64,000 bases of DNA from Akkermansiaceae bacterium (lineage in GTDB: Bacteria > Verrucomicrobiota > Verrucomicrobiia > Verrucomicrobiales > Akkermansiaceae), in contig SUVL01000006.1 of assembly GCA_015062005.1 (NCBI GenBank), positions 11,029 through 75,028 of the forward strand, given 5' to 3'. Position 1 is the first letter of the stretch. The number at the start of each line of letters is the position of its first letter. The position numbers were made by a program, and so were the translations under genes. Positions 7,849 through 19,294 of this stretch are shown piece after piece. A model generated the notes under the pieces. That model was not told the origin of the DNA, made no database searches, and was given only the letters and a program-made list of their open reading frames with translations.

Positions 7849-9210
7849 TTAAATCATGTGCCCCATGCGGTCTCGCTTGGTATCCAGATAATGCTGGTTA
7901 TCGCAGTGGCCGGGGATAGAGATGGGGACATGCTCCACCACATCCAGCCCGTGGCCGGAAAGTCCCTGAATTTTCAGGGGATTATTGGTGAGGAGCCGCA
8001 GGTGGCGCACACCGAGGTCGCGCAGAATCTGGGCGCCCACGCCGTAGTCGCGCAGGTCGGGGGCGAAGCCGAGTTTGATGTTGGCATCCACGGTGTCGTA
8101 GCCTTGTTCCTGGAGCTTGTAGGCATGCAGCTTGGCAGAGAGCCCGATACCACGGCCCTCCTGCCGGAGGTAGAGGATGACACCACCCTCCTGCGCCACG
8201 CGGCGCATGGCGGCATGCAGCTGGCTGCCGCAGTCGCAGCGGCGGCTGGCAAAGACATCGCCGGTGAGGCATTCGCTATGCACGCGGCAGAGAATGGGCT
8301 TCTCCGGGTCGATTTCACCGCGCACCAGGGCCAGGTGGGTCTTGCCGTCTACCTTGGAGTGGTACGAGTAGCAGTCGAAATCGCCGAAATCAGTGGGCAG
8401 TTTCACCACTTCCTCGCGGATGACGAGTTTCTCCGTGTGCTGGCGGTGCTCGATAATCTGTGCCAGGGAGCAGGCTTTCAGCCCGTATTTTTTCTGGAAG
8501 GAGCCCATTTCGCCCAGGCGGGCCATGGTGCCGTCGTCCTTCATGATTTCGCAGCACACGCCCACTGGTTCCATGCCGGCAATGCGCAGGAGGTCCACCG
8601 TGCCTTCGGTGTGGCCGGCGCGGCGGATGACGCCGCCCTCCACCGCGCGCAGCGGGAAGCAGTGTCCGGGCTGCACAAAGTCATCCAGCGTGCAGCGGGA
8701 GTCGGCCAGTTTGATGGTGGTGATGGAGCGCTCGAAAGCACTGATGCCGGTGGTGATACCCTCCTTGGCATCCACGCTCACGGTGAAGGCGGTGTGGTGC
8801 TTTTCGGTGTTGTGCTGGGCCTGCATGGGCAGCCCCAGGGCATCTACACGCTCGTGAGCCATGGGTACGCAGATGAGCCCGCGGGCATGCGTGGCGATGA
8901 AGTTGATATTCTGCGGCGTGGCAAACTGCCCGGCGCAGACGAGGTCCACTTCATTCTCACGGTGGGGGTCATCTGTCATGAGGATGAGCTTGCCCATGCG
9001 CAGGTCCTCAATCACCTCCTCCAGGGGGGAGTAGACGATGGGGTCTGTGCCATCCGCCACGGGCACGGAGCAGGGGGGCAGTTCCTCCTTTTCCGGCTCG
9101 GGTGCGGGCGCGGGGGGGAGCTCCTCGCCCATGGTGGCGGCATCACAGCGATTGATGAAATCGTTGATATCGAAAGTGCCGTTGGTGGCGGTGAATTCGA
9201 TGTGCTTCAT
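7849..9210 (-). CDS. ribBA: Bifunctional 3,4-dihydroxy-2-butanone-4-phosphate synthase / GTP cyclohydrolase II
   Basis: 453 aa. The RibB part has DDPHRENEVDLV and HTAFTVSVD. The RibA part has CRVHSECLTGDVF..RCDCG. There is an N-terminal Pro-rich extension of about 55 aa. Confidence 0.92.
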   Translation of the reverse strand: MKHIEFTATNGTFDINDFINRCDAATMGEELPPAPAPEPEKEELPPCSVPVADGTDPIVYSPLEEVIEDLRMGKLILMTDDPHRENEVDLVCAGQFATPQNINFIATHARGLICVPMAHERVDALGLPMQAQHNTEKHHTAFTVSVDAKEGITTGISAFERSITTIKLADSRCTLDDFVQPGHCFPLRAVEGGVIRRAGHTEGTVDLLRIAGMEPVGVCCEIMKDDGTMARLGEMGSFQKKYGLKACSLAQIIEHRQHTEKLVIREEVVKLPTDFGDFDCYSYHSKVDGKTHLALVRGEIDPEKPILCRVHSECLTGDVFASRRCDCGSQLHAAMRRVAQEGGVILYLRQEGRGIGLSAKLHAYKLQEQGYDTVDANIKLGFAPDLRDYGVGAQILRDLGVRHLRLLTNNPLKIQGLSGHGLDVVEHVPISIPGHCDNQHYLDTKRDRMGHMI

Positions 9211-9220
9211 GAGGGGGTGC

Positions 9221-10897
<1,677 letters not shown>

Positions 10898-10954
10898 GCG
10901 CGCGATTCTAACGCCAAAATACCCCTAAATCAAGACAAATCGGGCACATGACAC

Positions 10955-11638
10955 GTGTGGGCAGGAATTTGCTTGATATGCAACATGGTCGCAATTATAA
11001 TTTCTGCGGGTATGGCCGAAACTGCGGAAAATGTGGCGGTGGGTAAGAAACGAAGCAACTCGAAACTCCTGCTGGTGGTCATCTGGATGCTTGTTGTTGC
11101 CGGTCTGCCCATTTACTATTTGCGTCCTGATTGCGATTGGGATTACTCCCGCTGGGCTGCTCCCGAGGAGATTCTGGAAACAAAACAGAGCCCGGAAAAT
11201 CACCTGCATGGAGATGAAGGCGTGTATACACGCGTTTTCGTGGTCCGCCCTTCGAAGGCTAATTACATATCCTTTGATATAAAAAGAGAGCAAAGCAGAA
11301 AGAGCATAGCACCCTTTCTGTCATCTCTGCTGAGGGAGTACGAGTTGCCGCCCCCATACAACTATGGCAGTTGGCTGGAGTACGGATGGGTGGATTGGGT
11401 AGAGTGCGGCAATGGGTTGCTGCTGGTGTGCGATTACAGCCGCAACAAAGGCGGGCTGATGTCTGCACGCTGGAGATGGGAAGATGGCAACTATCCCGGT
11501 CATGTTGCCCTTTTTTACTTCTGGGCATGGCTTTCCATCTGGGGGCTTTTGCTGACCGTGGTTTTGCTTGTACCGGGGGTAGTGCTGTATGGTCTGTTTC
11601 GTGCGCTCAAACGCTTCATCCGCCTTGTAAAATCATAG
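10955..11638 (+). CDS. Hypothetical membrane protein (start uncertain)
   Basis: 227-aa ORF with N- and C-terminal hydrophobic helices and a Trp-rich middle. No family recognised. It is somewhat AT-richer than its neighbours. Confidence 0.45.
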   Translation: MWAGICLICNMVAIIISAGMAETAENVAVGKKRSNSKLLLVVIWMLVVAGLPIYYLRPDCDWDYSRWAAPEEILETKQSPENHLHGDEGVYTRVFVVRPSKANYISFDIKREQSRKSIAPFLSSLLREYELPPPYNYGSWLEYGWVDWVECGNGLLLVCDYSRNKGGLMSARWRWEDGNYPGHVALFYFWAWLSIWGLLLTVVLLVPGVVLYGLFRALKRFIRLVKS

Positions 11639-11706
11639 GGATACGTGTGGGGATAAGCAAGGCGGCCCACAATTTGCACTAGCCAAGGCGGACGATATGT
11701 GGTAGA

Positions 11707-12399
11707 ATGCTGCGCATGGATAGAGAAGCGGTTGAAAAGAGTCTGGATTATGTGTTCACGGATGAGACGTGGCTGAGACAGGCTCTTACTCACCCGAGTG
11801 TGGACCAGAAGCGCAGCACGAATCTGAACTATGAACGACTGGAGTATCTGGGTGATGCTGTGCTGGAGCTGGTGGTGAGCCGCGAGCTCTTTACCCGCTA
11901 TCCGAAGGCTGATGAAGGCGTGCTCACCAAGATGCGCTCCGCCATTGTGAGCCGTGCCAACCTGGCCAGTCTTTGCGAGGCTCTGGGCTGGGGAGAGTGT
12001 ATGGATATGAGCCCGCAGCTGGAGAAGAGCGGTGGCCGCAAGGCTCTCTCCATTCTGGCCAATACTTTTGAAAGTGTCATCGGTGCTGTGATGATGGATT
12101 CGAACTACAACGCCGCCCGCAAGGTGTCGCTCAAGTTGCTGGCGTCAAGTCTTGATAATGCACAAAACCTTATCTCCATCAATCATAAGGGCGAGCTGCT
12201 GGAGAAATTGCAGGCCATCAATGGTATGGGCCCGAAATACGCCGTAGAACTGGTGGATGATAGCAAACCCGCTGGCCCGTTCCGTGCCCGCGTGATGTGG
12301 AATGATAAGGAACTGGGCTGTGCCGAGGGGCAGAGCAAGCACAAGGCCGAAATGGCCGCGGCTGCCAAGGCTCTGGAACTGAAGCTTTTTGAAGCTTAA
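11707..12399 (+). CDS. rnc: Ribonuclease III
   Basis: 230 aa with the signature ERLEYLGDAVLEL and a C-terminal dsRBD. Confidence 0.93.
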   Translation: MLRMDREAVEKSLDYVFTDETWLRQALTHPSVDQKRSTNLNYERLEYLGDAVLELVVSRELFTRYPKADEGVLTKMRSAIVSRANLASLCEALGWGECMDMSPQLEKSGGRKALSILANTFESVIGAVMMDSNYNAARKVSLKLLASSLDNAQNLISINHKGELLEKLQAINGMGPKYAVELVDDSKPAGPFRARVMWNDKELGCAEGQSKHKAEMAAAAKALELKLFEA

Positions 12400-13370
12400 A
12401 ACTCAAGCCGGATAATCTGCACCGGCTCCGGAGTTGCATGCAGCAGGGTGCGCGCCTGGGTTCCTTTCAGTCGCAGGTAGTGTTTTCCCTCGCGTGGCAG
12501 TGTGAGGCGGGTGAAGTAGCGCATGTCATTCCTTGTGGTGGGGAGTTGTGCGCTGGAGATGACCTCGTTGTTTTCATTGACGAGCTCGACCACCGGGGCA
12601 ATTTCCGGGCGGGGCCGGAGGTCAATGAGGATGCGCTGGGTGTTTTCGGGAATACCAGTGGTGGCATACCAGCGGCGGGCGAGCTGCATATAGCGCTGCG
12701 TTGCGTCCTCGGCTGCAAAATTGGTCAGGTTGCCAGCATTAGCCAATTTTTTCGGCCACCAGGTGGTTTTTCCCGGTGGGTAGGCGGCGAGGATTCGTTG
12801 GAAAGGATGCCGGGGATTGAGCATGCCGATGTATTCCATGACCCAGGGGGTGTTGAAATCACTTTCTCCCATCTCAATCATGTGCCAGGATCCATCGAAC
12901 CAGGCTTCAGCCCAGGTGTGGTTGCCTTCGATGTGGTTCCAGGTATGCACGCCCACGGCGCGCGCGGGAATCCCCACGGAGCGCAAGGCGCAGACTAGCA
13001 GGATGCTCTGTCCGGTGCAGGAAATCTTTTTCTCGCGCAGGGTCTCCAGCACGTTCATGTTGTGCTTGCTGCGTTCTCTGGAATAGTAGGCACCTGTGGC
13101 TTTTCCTATGCCGGCGGATATGGCCAGCACCGCTTCGCGGGCGGTGGTGCAATCAGCGACCAGCGGCGCTACCAATGGCGTGAGCACTGGACGCCAGTCA
13201 CAGGGAATTTCATCCACCACAGTATCCGGAGTGACGGATGCTGCGGCTATTTCTGCCGGGGCTGCGTTGCTCCACGGGTACTCGACTGCCTGTAGCGGGG
13301 TGAGTACAAGTAACAGCGTTGCCGGGAGCCACTTCATACCACCTCGCCGTAGAGGGTGAAGCCGGTGCAC
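12396..13370 (-). CDS. Transglutaminase-like domain protein (secreted)
   Basis: 324 aa with a signal peptide. The Cys-His core is CTGQSILLVCALRSVGIPARAV ... HTWAEAWFDGSWHMIE. Confidence 0.7.
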   Translation of the reverse strand: MHRLHPLRRGGMKWLPATLLLVLTPLQAVEYPWSNAAPAEIAAASVTPDTVVDEIPCDWRPVLTPLVAPLVADCTTAREAVLAISAGIGKATGAYYSRERSKHNMNVLETLREKKISCTGQSILLVCALRSVGIPARAVGVHTWNHIEGNHTWAEAWFDGSWHMIEMGESDFNTPWVMEYIGMLNPRHPFQRILAAYPPGKTTWWPKKLANAGNLTNFAAEDATQRYMQLARRWYATTGIPENTQRILIDLRPRPEIAPVVELVNENNEVISSAQLPTTRNDMRYFTRLTLPREGKHYLRLKGTQARTLLHATPEPVQIIRLEF

Positions 13371-14692
13371 TCCGAAATGCGCACAGGAACGAGCGTGCCG
13401 ACTTCCGCTGTGCCGCCGGGGATGATGACGGGCTTGTTCTGCGAGGTGCGGCCCTGGAGACGGTCGGGGTTGTTCTTGCTCGGGCCTTCCACCAGGATGG
13501 TCTGCTCCGTGCCCACCAGTGCCTGGTTGCGGGCCACGGCGATGCGGTTCACGGTTTCGAGCAGGTCATGGTTGCGCTCTTCCTTCACGCGCAGGCAAAT
13601 CTGGTTATCCATGGCGGCGGCCACGGTATCGCGGCGCGGGGAGTACTGGAACACAAAGGCATTATCGAACTGAATGCGCTCCACCGCGGCCTTGGTTTCC
13701 AGATAGTCTTCATGCGTTTCGCCAGGGAAACCCACGATGATATCTGTGGTGATAGCGAGATCGGGGCGGGCCTCGCGCATGGCTTCGCAGAGCCGCAGGT
13801 ATTTCTCGTTCTTGTACGGGCGGCGCATGAGCTGCAGAATGCGGTCACTGCCGCTCTGCATGGGAAAGTGGATGTGGCTGCACAACTTGGGCAGGTAGGT
13901 GTAGGCATTCACCAGGTCCTGGCGGAAGCCGATGGGGTGCGGGCTGGTGAAGCGGATGCGCTCCAGTCCGTCCATGTCATTGAGCTTTTCGAGCAGACGG
14001 ACAAAGGCACCGCGGCCATCGATGACCGGTTCATCCTTGCCGTAGCGGTTCACAATCTGTCCCAGCAGAGTCACTTCCTTCACCCCGCGGTCGACCAGCT
14101 CGCGCACTTCCTGCAGAATGTCCGCCTCCGGGCGGCTGCATTCGGAGCCTCGGGTGCTGGGCACGATGCAGTAGGAACAGCGCATCTCGCAGCCCTGCAT
14201 GATGGAGACGAAGGCCGTGCAGTTACCGGCGGGGGGCAGGTGGTCGCGGATGGCGTTCTGGAAGCCTTCTTCCTGCTGCGTGGCGCAGATGTGCGCACCG
14301 CGGCGGATGGGGGCGAACTCTGCCTGACCCAGGCGGCTGCGCAGCAGCCGGTTGCAGAGTTTGTACACATTGTGGTACTGCTGGGTGCCGGTTACGATAT
14401 CCAGGCGGGGTACATCGCGGAAGAGGGAGGCGGCGCGGCTCTGGCACATGCAGCCCATGAATCCGTACACCACCCAGGGTTTGGCTGTGGGACGGGCGCA
14501 GAGCAGCCCCATCTTGCCCAGTGCTTTCAGCTCGGCTTTCTCTCGCACCGAGCAGGTGTTGATGAGGATGACATCCGCCTGGGCTTCATCCCTGGTCAGC
14601 TCATAGCCGCCGGCCAGGAACATGCTCGCCACCTGTTCGGAGTCGCGCTCGTTCATCTGGCAACCGTAAGTCTTAATCAGTACACTGGGCAT
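13334..14692 (-). CDS. miaB: tRNA-2-methylthio-N6-dimethylallyladenosine synthase
   Basis: 452 aa with TYGCQMN, a radical-SAM CSYCIVP motif and a TRAM C-terminus. Confidence 0.9.
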   Translation of the reverse strand: MPSVLIKTYGCQMNERDSEQVASMFLAGGYELTRDEAQADVILINTCSVREKAELKALGKMGLLCARPTAKPWVVYGFMGCMCQSRAASLFRDVPRLDIVTGTQQYHNVYKLCNRLLRSRLGQAEFAPIRRGAHICATQQEEGFQNAIRDHLPPAGNCTAFVSIMQGCEMRCSYCIVPSTRGSECSRPEADILQEVRELVDRGVKEVTLLGQIVNRYGKDEPVIDGRGAFVRLLEKLNDMDGLERIRFTSPHPIGFRQDLVNAYTYLPKLCSHIHFPMQSGSDRILQLMRRPYKNEKYLRLCEAMREARPDLAITTDIIVGFPGETHEDYLETKAAVERIQFDNAFVFQYSPRRDTVAAAMDNQICLRVKEERNHDLLETVNRIAVARNQALVGTEQTILVEGPSKNNPDRLQGRTSQNKPVIIPGGTAEVGTLVPVRISECTGFTLYGEVV

Positions 14693-14772
14693 GCGCGTAT
14701 GCTAGCACACGCGCATGCTCTTGAAAAGCTCAATTCAAGTCTGCTTTGGCTTTTGGTATCTCTGTCAGAGTC

Positions 14773-15498
14773 CTAAATCAGCTCCTTGAGACGGTTGACC
14801 GTGATGCCGGGAACCACGTAACGAGTTCCATCCGCCCTGGCCAGAATGGGGGAACCATCGAAATCCACGCCGATGAAACGGCCTACATGGCGTTCTTTAT
14901 CAGTGATGGCAACCACAGGGAGGGACTCTCCCCAGGCGGTACCCAGTATGGGAAGAATGCTATCTACGCCGCTTTCTACAAAATAGCTGAACATTTCAGC
15001 CAGGGTATCACCCAGGAGGGTGCGGAGTTTCTTGATGGATGGGCAGGCCGGGAGAACCTCGCAGAGCCGCGTGACCGGGTCAGCGGCTTTTTCCCGGATA
15101 TCGTTGATATCGTTGAACATGTTGATGCCGATGCCGATAGAGGCCATATCGGTGGACGGACGCTCCACCAGGATGCCGGCCAGCTTGGCTTTGCCTACCA
15201 GTACATCATTCGGCCAGCGGAGCCGCAGTCCCTTGATGTTATATTCCTTGAGCGTTTCGATGACGGCGGCGCCAGCCACGAGAGGAAGTACACCCCAGTG
15301 GCGGTTCAGCTTGGAATCAATCGGCAGGTTATAGGTAGCCCAGAGACCGCCTGTGTTGCCGAACCAGGTGCGGTTGAAACGGCCGCGTCCGCGAGTCTGC
15401 CGCTGCGTGGTGACGATGGTCCATGCCGGCAACTTGCGGGCCACATTGAATGTGGATTCGCATTCCTCAATTTCCTTTACTGTCCATTTGGCGCTCAC
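14773..15498 (-). CDS. birA: Biotin--[acetyl-CoA-carboxylase] ligase (no HTH domain)
   Basis: 241 aa with the GRGRFNRTW motif (GRGRxGRxW). Confidence 0.85.
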   Translation of the reverse strand: MSAKWTVKEIEECESTFNVARKLPAWTIVTTQRQTRGRGRFNRTWFGNTGGLWATYNLPIDSKLNRHWGVLPLVAGAAVIETLKEYNIKGLRLRWPNDVLVGKAKLAGILVERPSTDMASIGIGINMFNDINDIREKAADPVTRLCEVLPACPSIKKLRTLLGDTLAEMFSYFVESGVDSILPILGTAWGESLPVVAITDKERHVGRFIGVDFDGSPILARADGTRYVVPGITVNRLKELI

Positions 15499-15636
15499 AG
15501 CAGCATTCTACACCACAAGTGGAGTTAAGTCTACCCCCTAACATGCAAATTTTTGAGAAATTACGCATTTGGGGCAGACGGGGAAGCCGGTTCACGCACG
15601 CGTGCCCAAAAAGTTTGGCCATGCCCTACTTTGCAA

Positions 15637-15665
15637 TTGCGGAATCGGGCAAGCTCTGGTATAGT
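15637..15665 (+). promoter_or_regulatory. Sigma70-type promoter TTGCGG-17-TATAGT
   Basis: The -10 ends 12 nt before the ATG at 15678, which implies a very short leader or none. Confidence 0.45.
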
Positions 15666-15677
15666 GTGCGCGTTAAT

Positions 15678-16787
15678 ATGAGGGGCCGCGGAACCAGACG
15701 TTTCCTGATGTGCATCGCACTAGTTGCTGCGGTGTGGGGTGGTGTGTCTACCTGGTTCTATGTGAATGATTTAGCGCAACCTGTTCTGAAGCCGCTCAAC
15801 CAGTCGTACGAGGGGTACACAAATGTGCCCCGCAAGGCGCCCGGGCTGCGTATGGAGCCTTTTACCTTCACCGGCTGGGATGGCGGCGAGGTGCAGGCCG
15901 TGATTGCTGTGAAGGATGGCGAGGAATCCTCCCGCCAGCTGAGTGTCATTGGTGATTTGATGCACAACCCGGTGGAACGCTTGCATCAGATTGATTATGT
16001 GCTGGTCTGCGTGGACTGGGATCACGGCATCCGTTCGGCTCTGCCGGTAGCGGAGTCGCTTACAGCGGCCGGGCTCACCTGTGTGTTGTGGGAGCCCCGC
16101 GGTAAGGATGACCGCCGCCCCTATTGCACCCATGGACTCAAGGAATGCCGCGATGTCCCCATGCTGATAGACGCTGTGACGGCGCGTTCCGGAAAGAAAA
16201 ATCCTGTTTTTGCGGCTGTGGGGCAGGGCTATGGAGCCGGCCTTCTGCTGCAGGCTGCCGCCACCGAACCACGCATCCGCGGCTTGGTCTCCATTGATGC
16301 ATATGCCTCCCTGCGTCAGTCGGTGGAGCGCACGATGCCGGAAGGTATCCTGCGCCCGGTGGTGATGTGGTTGATGGACCAGCGCATCCGCCGCACGGCG
16401 GGAATGGAAAGTTTTGATGTGGCGCCGGTGGAGCAGGCGGCAGACATGGACCGCAACGTGCCTGTGCTGGTGGTGAACCTGGCGCAAGACAACCCGGTGA
16501 GCAATTTCAAGGATGCTCTGACTATCTACCGCCGCTTAAGCAGTGATCAGCGGGCTGTGTGGACCCTGCGCAATGATTCTGATCCGGCGGGTGCTACGCA
16601 CCGGGAAATGACCCTGGGGCGCGGGCGCCGCGGGCTTTCGGTGAGTGTGGGCTTGCTGGCCGACGAGGACAGCGCCATGAGTTCGATTGTGCATTGGATT
16701 AACGAACGGGTTGTGGATGCCGTAGAGGCGCCCCGGGTGAGCGACCCAGCCCGTCCTGACCTTACATCTTCCAATATCAGACTCTGA
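15678..16787 (+). CDS. Membrane-anchored alpha/beta-hydrolase-like protein (nucleophile motif degenerate)
   Basis: Internal Met of the 445-aa track ORF gives MRGRGTRRFLMCIALVAAVWGG, a TM anchor. The nucleophile elbow reads GQGYG rather than GxSxG. Confidence 0.45.
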   Translation: MRGRGTRRFLMCIALVAAVWGGVSTWFYVNDLAQPVLKPLNQSYEGYTNVPRKAPGLRMEPFTFTGWDGGEVQAVIAVKDGEESSRQLSVIGDLMHNPVERLHQIDYVLVCVDWDHGIRSALPVAESLTAAGLTCVLWEPRGKDDRRPYCTHGLKECRDVPMLIDAVTARSGKKNPVFAAVGQGYGAGLLLQAAATEPRIRGLVSIDAYASLRQSVERTMPEGILRPVVMWLMDQRIRRTAGMESFDVAPVEQAADMDRNVPVLVVNLAQDNPVSNFKDALTIYRRLSSDQRAVWTLRNDSDPAGATHREMTLGRGRRGLSVSVGLLADEDSAMSSIVHWINERVVDAVEAPRVSDPARPDLTSSNIRL

Positions 16788-16791
16788 GTAA

Positions 16792-18078
16792 ATGGATACG
16801 GATTCTTACGCAGAAATGGATCGCGCCTTGAATATACCCAAGCGGGTGGGCAACCGCCGACGTAATGGGTATGAGCTGACACGTCAGCGCGACATGGTGC
16901 CTATTGCCATGGGGGCAGCAACAGCCGCCGTGGTGGTACATGCCATGCTGTGGGTGTACTTCCCATCATTGTCGGTGCTGGGACTGGGCAAGCTGGTGGA
17001 TGTGCCAGCAGAGGTCAAGGACCTTGAGACCGTTCGCGTGGTAGTGAAGGAACCGCCCAAGGAGGAGAAGCTTGAGGAAGCTCAGGAGCAGGAAATTGTG
17101 GAGCAGCAGCCCCAGGAAATCGAGGAAATCAAGCATGAGCCTGAGGAAATCGATATTCTGGACGTTGATATTCCGGAGCTGGTGATGGCTCCAGGCCCTA
17201 CAGAACTGGCTGTGGCAGAGCCGGTGTACGCCGCAGAAGAACAGAATCCGGTGAACGATTTACCGCCCGCCCAGCTTGACATGAGCGCCTTGCAGACAAA
17301 GGAGCTGACTGCGGAAGCCCTGGCAATTCCCGAGCCTACCCCGGTGAACAGTAATGAGGTAGTGGCTGCCGCTACTGCGCAGGCTGAGGTGCTGGAAGAT
17401 GCTTCATCCCTGATGGAGCAGGATTTGCGCAAGGCTGCAAGTGAGGCTGGCAATTCCAACCTGCCCAGTGATACCCGTAGCCTGGCCCAGCTCATGGGTG
17501 AGGAGCACCTGGGCTCCGGCTCTGGCGTGGCTCGCCTGGGGGCAGACGTGCTTTTCGGTTTCAATGAATGCCAGTTGAAAAATTCTGCCCGTATCACGAT
17601 GCTGCAACTGGCGGCTCTCATACAGAAGAACCCGCATACCTACTTCGTGATTGAAGGACACACGGACAGCGTGGGTGGCAATGCGTATAATGCGCTCCTT
17701 GGTTTGCAGCGCGCGGCTGCCGTGCGTGCGTGGCTGGTGGGTAACGGAGTGCCGGTGGAGAACGTGTATGTGCGCTCCTGCGGCAGTTCCATGCCGCTGG
17801 CTCCGACCACTGGTGACCGTGACCAGCAGAAGCTCAACCGCCGAGTGGAAATCCATATGCGAGCCGGTGGTGAGGAGCTCCCGGCCGGTGCTTGTGATTA
17901 CAAGTATCATGTGGACCTGACTACCAAAATCAGCCAGCAGCTGGCCAAAGGCGTGAAAGTTCCGGAGACTCCGGCGTTCCGTCTCCCTGTGGGTGCCAGC
18001 CAGGAGGAACGCCGGGCCGCCGAGGCTGCTCGTAAAAAGGCCGAACAGAACAAGAAGAAGGGCAGAAATGGCCGTTGA
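16792..18078 (+). CDS. OmpA-family protein (TM anchor, acidic linker, C-terminal OmpA/MotB domain)
   Basis: 428 aa with FGFNECQL..YFVIEGHTDSVGGNAYNALLGLQRAAAV..NRRVEIH. Confidence 0.85.
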   Translation: MDTDSYAEMDRALNIPKRVGNRRRNGYELTRQRDMVPIAMGAATAAVVVHAMLWVYFPSLSVLGLGKLVDVPAEVKDLETVRVVVKEPPKEEKLEEAQEQEIVEQQPQEIEEIKHEPEEIDILDVDIPELVMAPGPTELAVAEPVYAAEEQNPVNDLPPAQLDMSALQTKELTAEALAIPEPTPVNSNEVVAAATAQAEVLEDASSLMEQDLRKAASEAGNSNLPSDTRSLAQLMGEEHLGSGSGVARLGADVLFGFNECQLKNSARITMLQLAALIQKNPHTYFVIEGHTDSVGGNAYNALLGLQRAAAVRAWLVGNGVPVENVYVRSCGSSMPLAPTTGDRDQQKLNRRVEIHMRAGGEELPAGACDYKYHVDLTTKISQQLAKGVKVPETPAFRLPVGASQEERRAAEAARKKAEQNKKKGRNGR

Positions 18079-18913
18079 AGAAGGGCAGGTGCTGCCAGGA
18101 CGCGCCTTGCCTTTCGGCGGAAGATGCCGTTGGCTCGTCTCCCTGGATTACGATGAAACCCTGCGCTGCCCCGACCCCTCGCAGCCGGTTCCTGCTGCGT
18201 TTTATGAGCTGATGCGGGAGTGGCGCCCGCTGGGGGTGCGCTGGGGTATCAACACGGGGCGCACGCTGCCCTACTTGTGTGAGGAATTGCTACCCTCGTC
18301 TCCCTTCCTGCCAGATTTTATCTGCACTTGTGAGCGCTATGCCTACGTGGCGCAGGACGATGGCTCCGTGCAACCGCTGCGCGAGCACAATGCCCGCTGC
18401 CACGAGCACAACATGCGCGTGCGTGAACTGGTGCGCCCTCTGCTGCATGCGCAACTCAGCGCACTTCGCCTTGCCAGACCCCGGTTGCAATGGATTGTTG
18501 CCCCTACCGACCCTCTTTCGGTGGAAGCTGCCGATTCCGCCACGATGGATTCCATCATGGATTTCCTGAATCCCTTTGTGGCCGGACTCAAGGGCGTGTC
18601 TGCCCAACGGGCAGGCCGCTACATGCGGCTGGCTGATGCCCGCTACTGCAAGGGAACAGCCCTTCAGACTGTGGCGAATCAATGGCAGGTGCCGCCGGAA
18701 AATTGGGCGATGCTGGGCGACGGGCATAACGATCTGCACGCCTTTCGCTTGTTCCCGGAAGCTTTCTGCGGTGCCCCTTCTACTGCACACCCCGATGTGC
18801 TGGCCTGGATGCACCGGCAGGGGAAGTATGTTTCCTCTACTCCTGGCGTGATGGAAATCCTGCGTGCCTGGCATGCTCGCATCATGACAGAAGGGGAACA
18901 AAATCTGTCCTAA
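18068..18913 (+). CDS. HAD-family hydrolase (Cof/IIB-like)
   Basis: Internal ATG at 18068 overlaps the upstream stop by 11 nt. Motifs are LVSLDYDETL and GDGHNDL. Confidence 0.7.
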   Translation: MAVEEGQVLPGRALPFGGRCRWLVSLDYDETLRCPDPSQPVPAAFYELMREWRPLGVRWGINTGRTLPYLCEELLPSSPFLPDFICTCERYAYVAQDDGSVQPLREHNARCHEHNMRVRELVRPLLHAQLSALRLARPRLQWIVAPTDPLSVEAADSATMDSIMDFLNPFVAGLKGVSAQRAGRYMRLADARYCKGTALQTVANQWQVPPENWAMLGDGHNDLHAFRLFPEAFCGAPSTAHPDVLAWMHRQGKYVSSTPGVMEILRAWHARIMTEGEQNLS

Positions 18914-18927
18914 AATATGCTTTCGGC

Positions 18928-18956
18928 TTGACTTTTTGGGCAAAAGATAGTTATAT
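18928..18956 (+). promoter_or_regulatory. Sigma70-type promoter TTGACT-17-TTATAT
   Basis: Lies upstream of the small basic ORF at 19030. Confidence 0.5.
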
Positions 18957-19029
18957 ATTCCCCCGTTAGCCCATGGGGCAACCGACAATTCTCCCAAACG
19001 AGAAAACCACAAACGACACATAAATCATT

Positions 19030-19134
19030 ATGGGATCGCTTAAGAAGAGACGTAAGGCTAAGATTAACAAGCACAAGCGCAGCAAGCGCATGCGCCAGAA
19101 CCGCCACAAGAAGCGTTTGCGTTACAAGTCCTAA
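19030..19134 (+). CDS. Small basic protein resembling 30S ribosomal protein bS22 (AURKAIP1/COX24-type)
   Basis: The 34-aa product MGSLKKRRKAKINKHKRSKRMRQNRHKKRLRYKS resembles the bS22 pattern MGSV.KKRRKRM.KKKHRKLL. It has its own promoter and terminator and is too short for the ORF track. Confidence 0.65.
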   Translation: MGSLKKRRKAKINKHKRSKRMRQNRHKKRLRYKS

Positions 19135-19178
19135 GCTGCGCGCTTAGGCCACGTCCGCAAGCGACGCTGTTCTTTTCA

Positions 19179-19216
19179 CGGCACTGTTTCCAGCTTGGAT
19201 TCAGTGCCGTTTTTCT
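19179..19216 (+). terminator. Rho-independent terminator
   Basis: Stem cggcactg (19179-19186) / cagtgccg (19202-19209) followed by TTTTTC. Confidence 0.7.
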
Positions 19217-19294
19217 TGTTGGAGTTAATTTTTCAATATTATCCACATGCCGGCTTGACCACGGCCGGGGTGCTGTATTATAATGCAATAAGCA

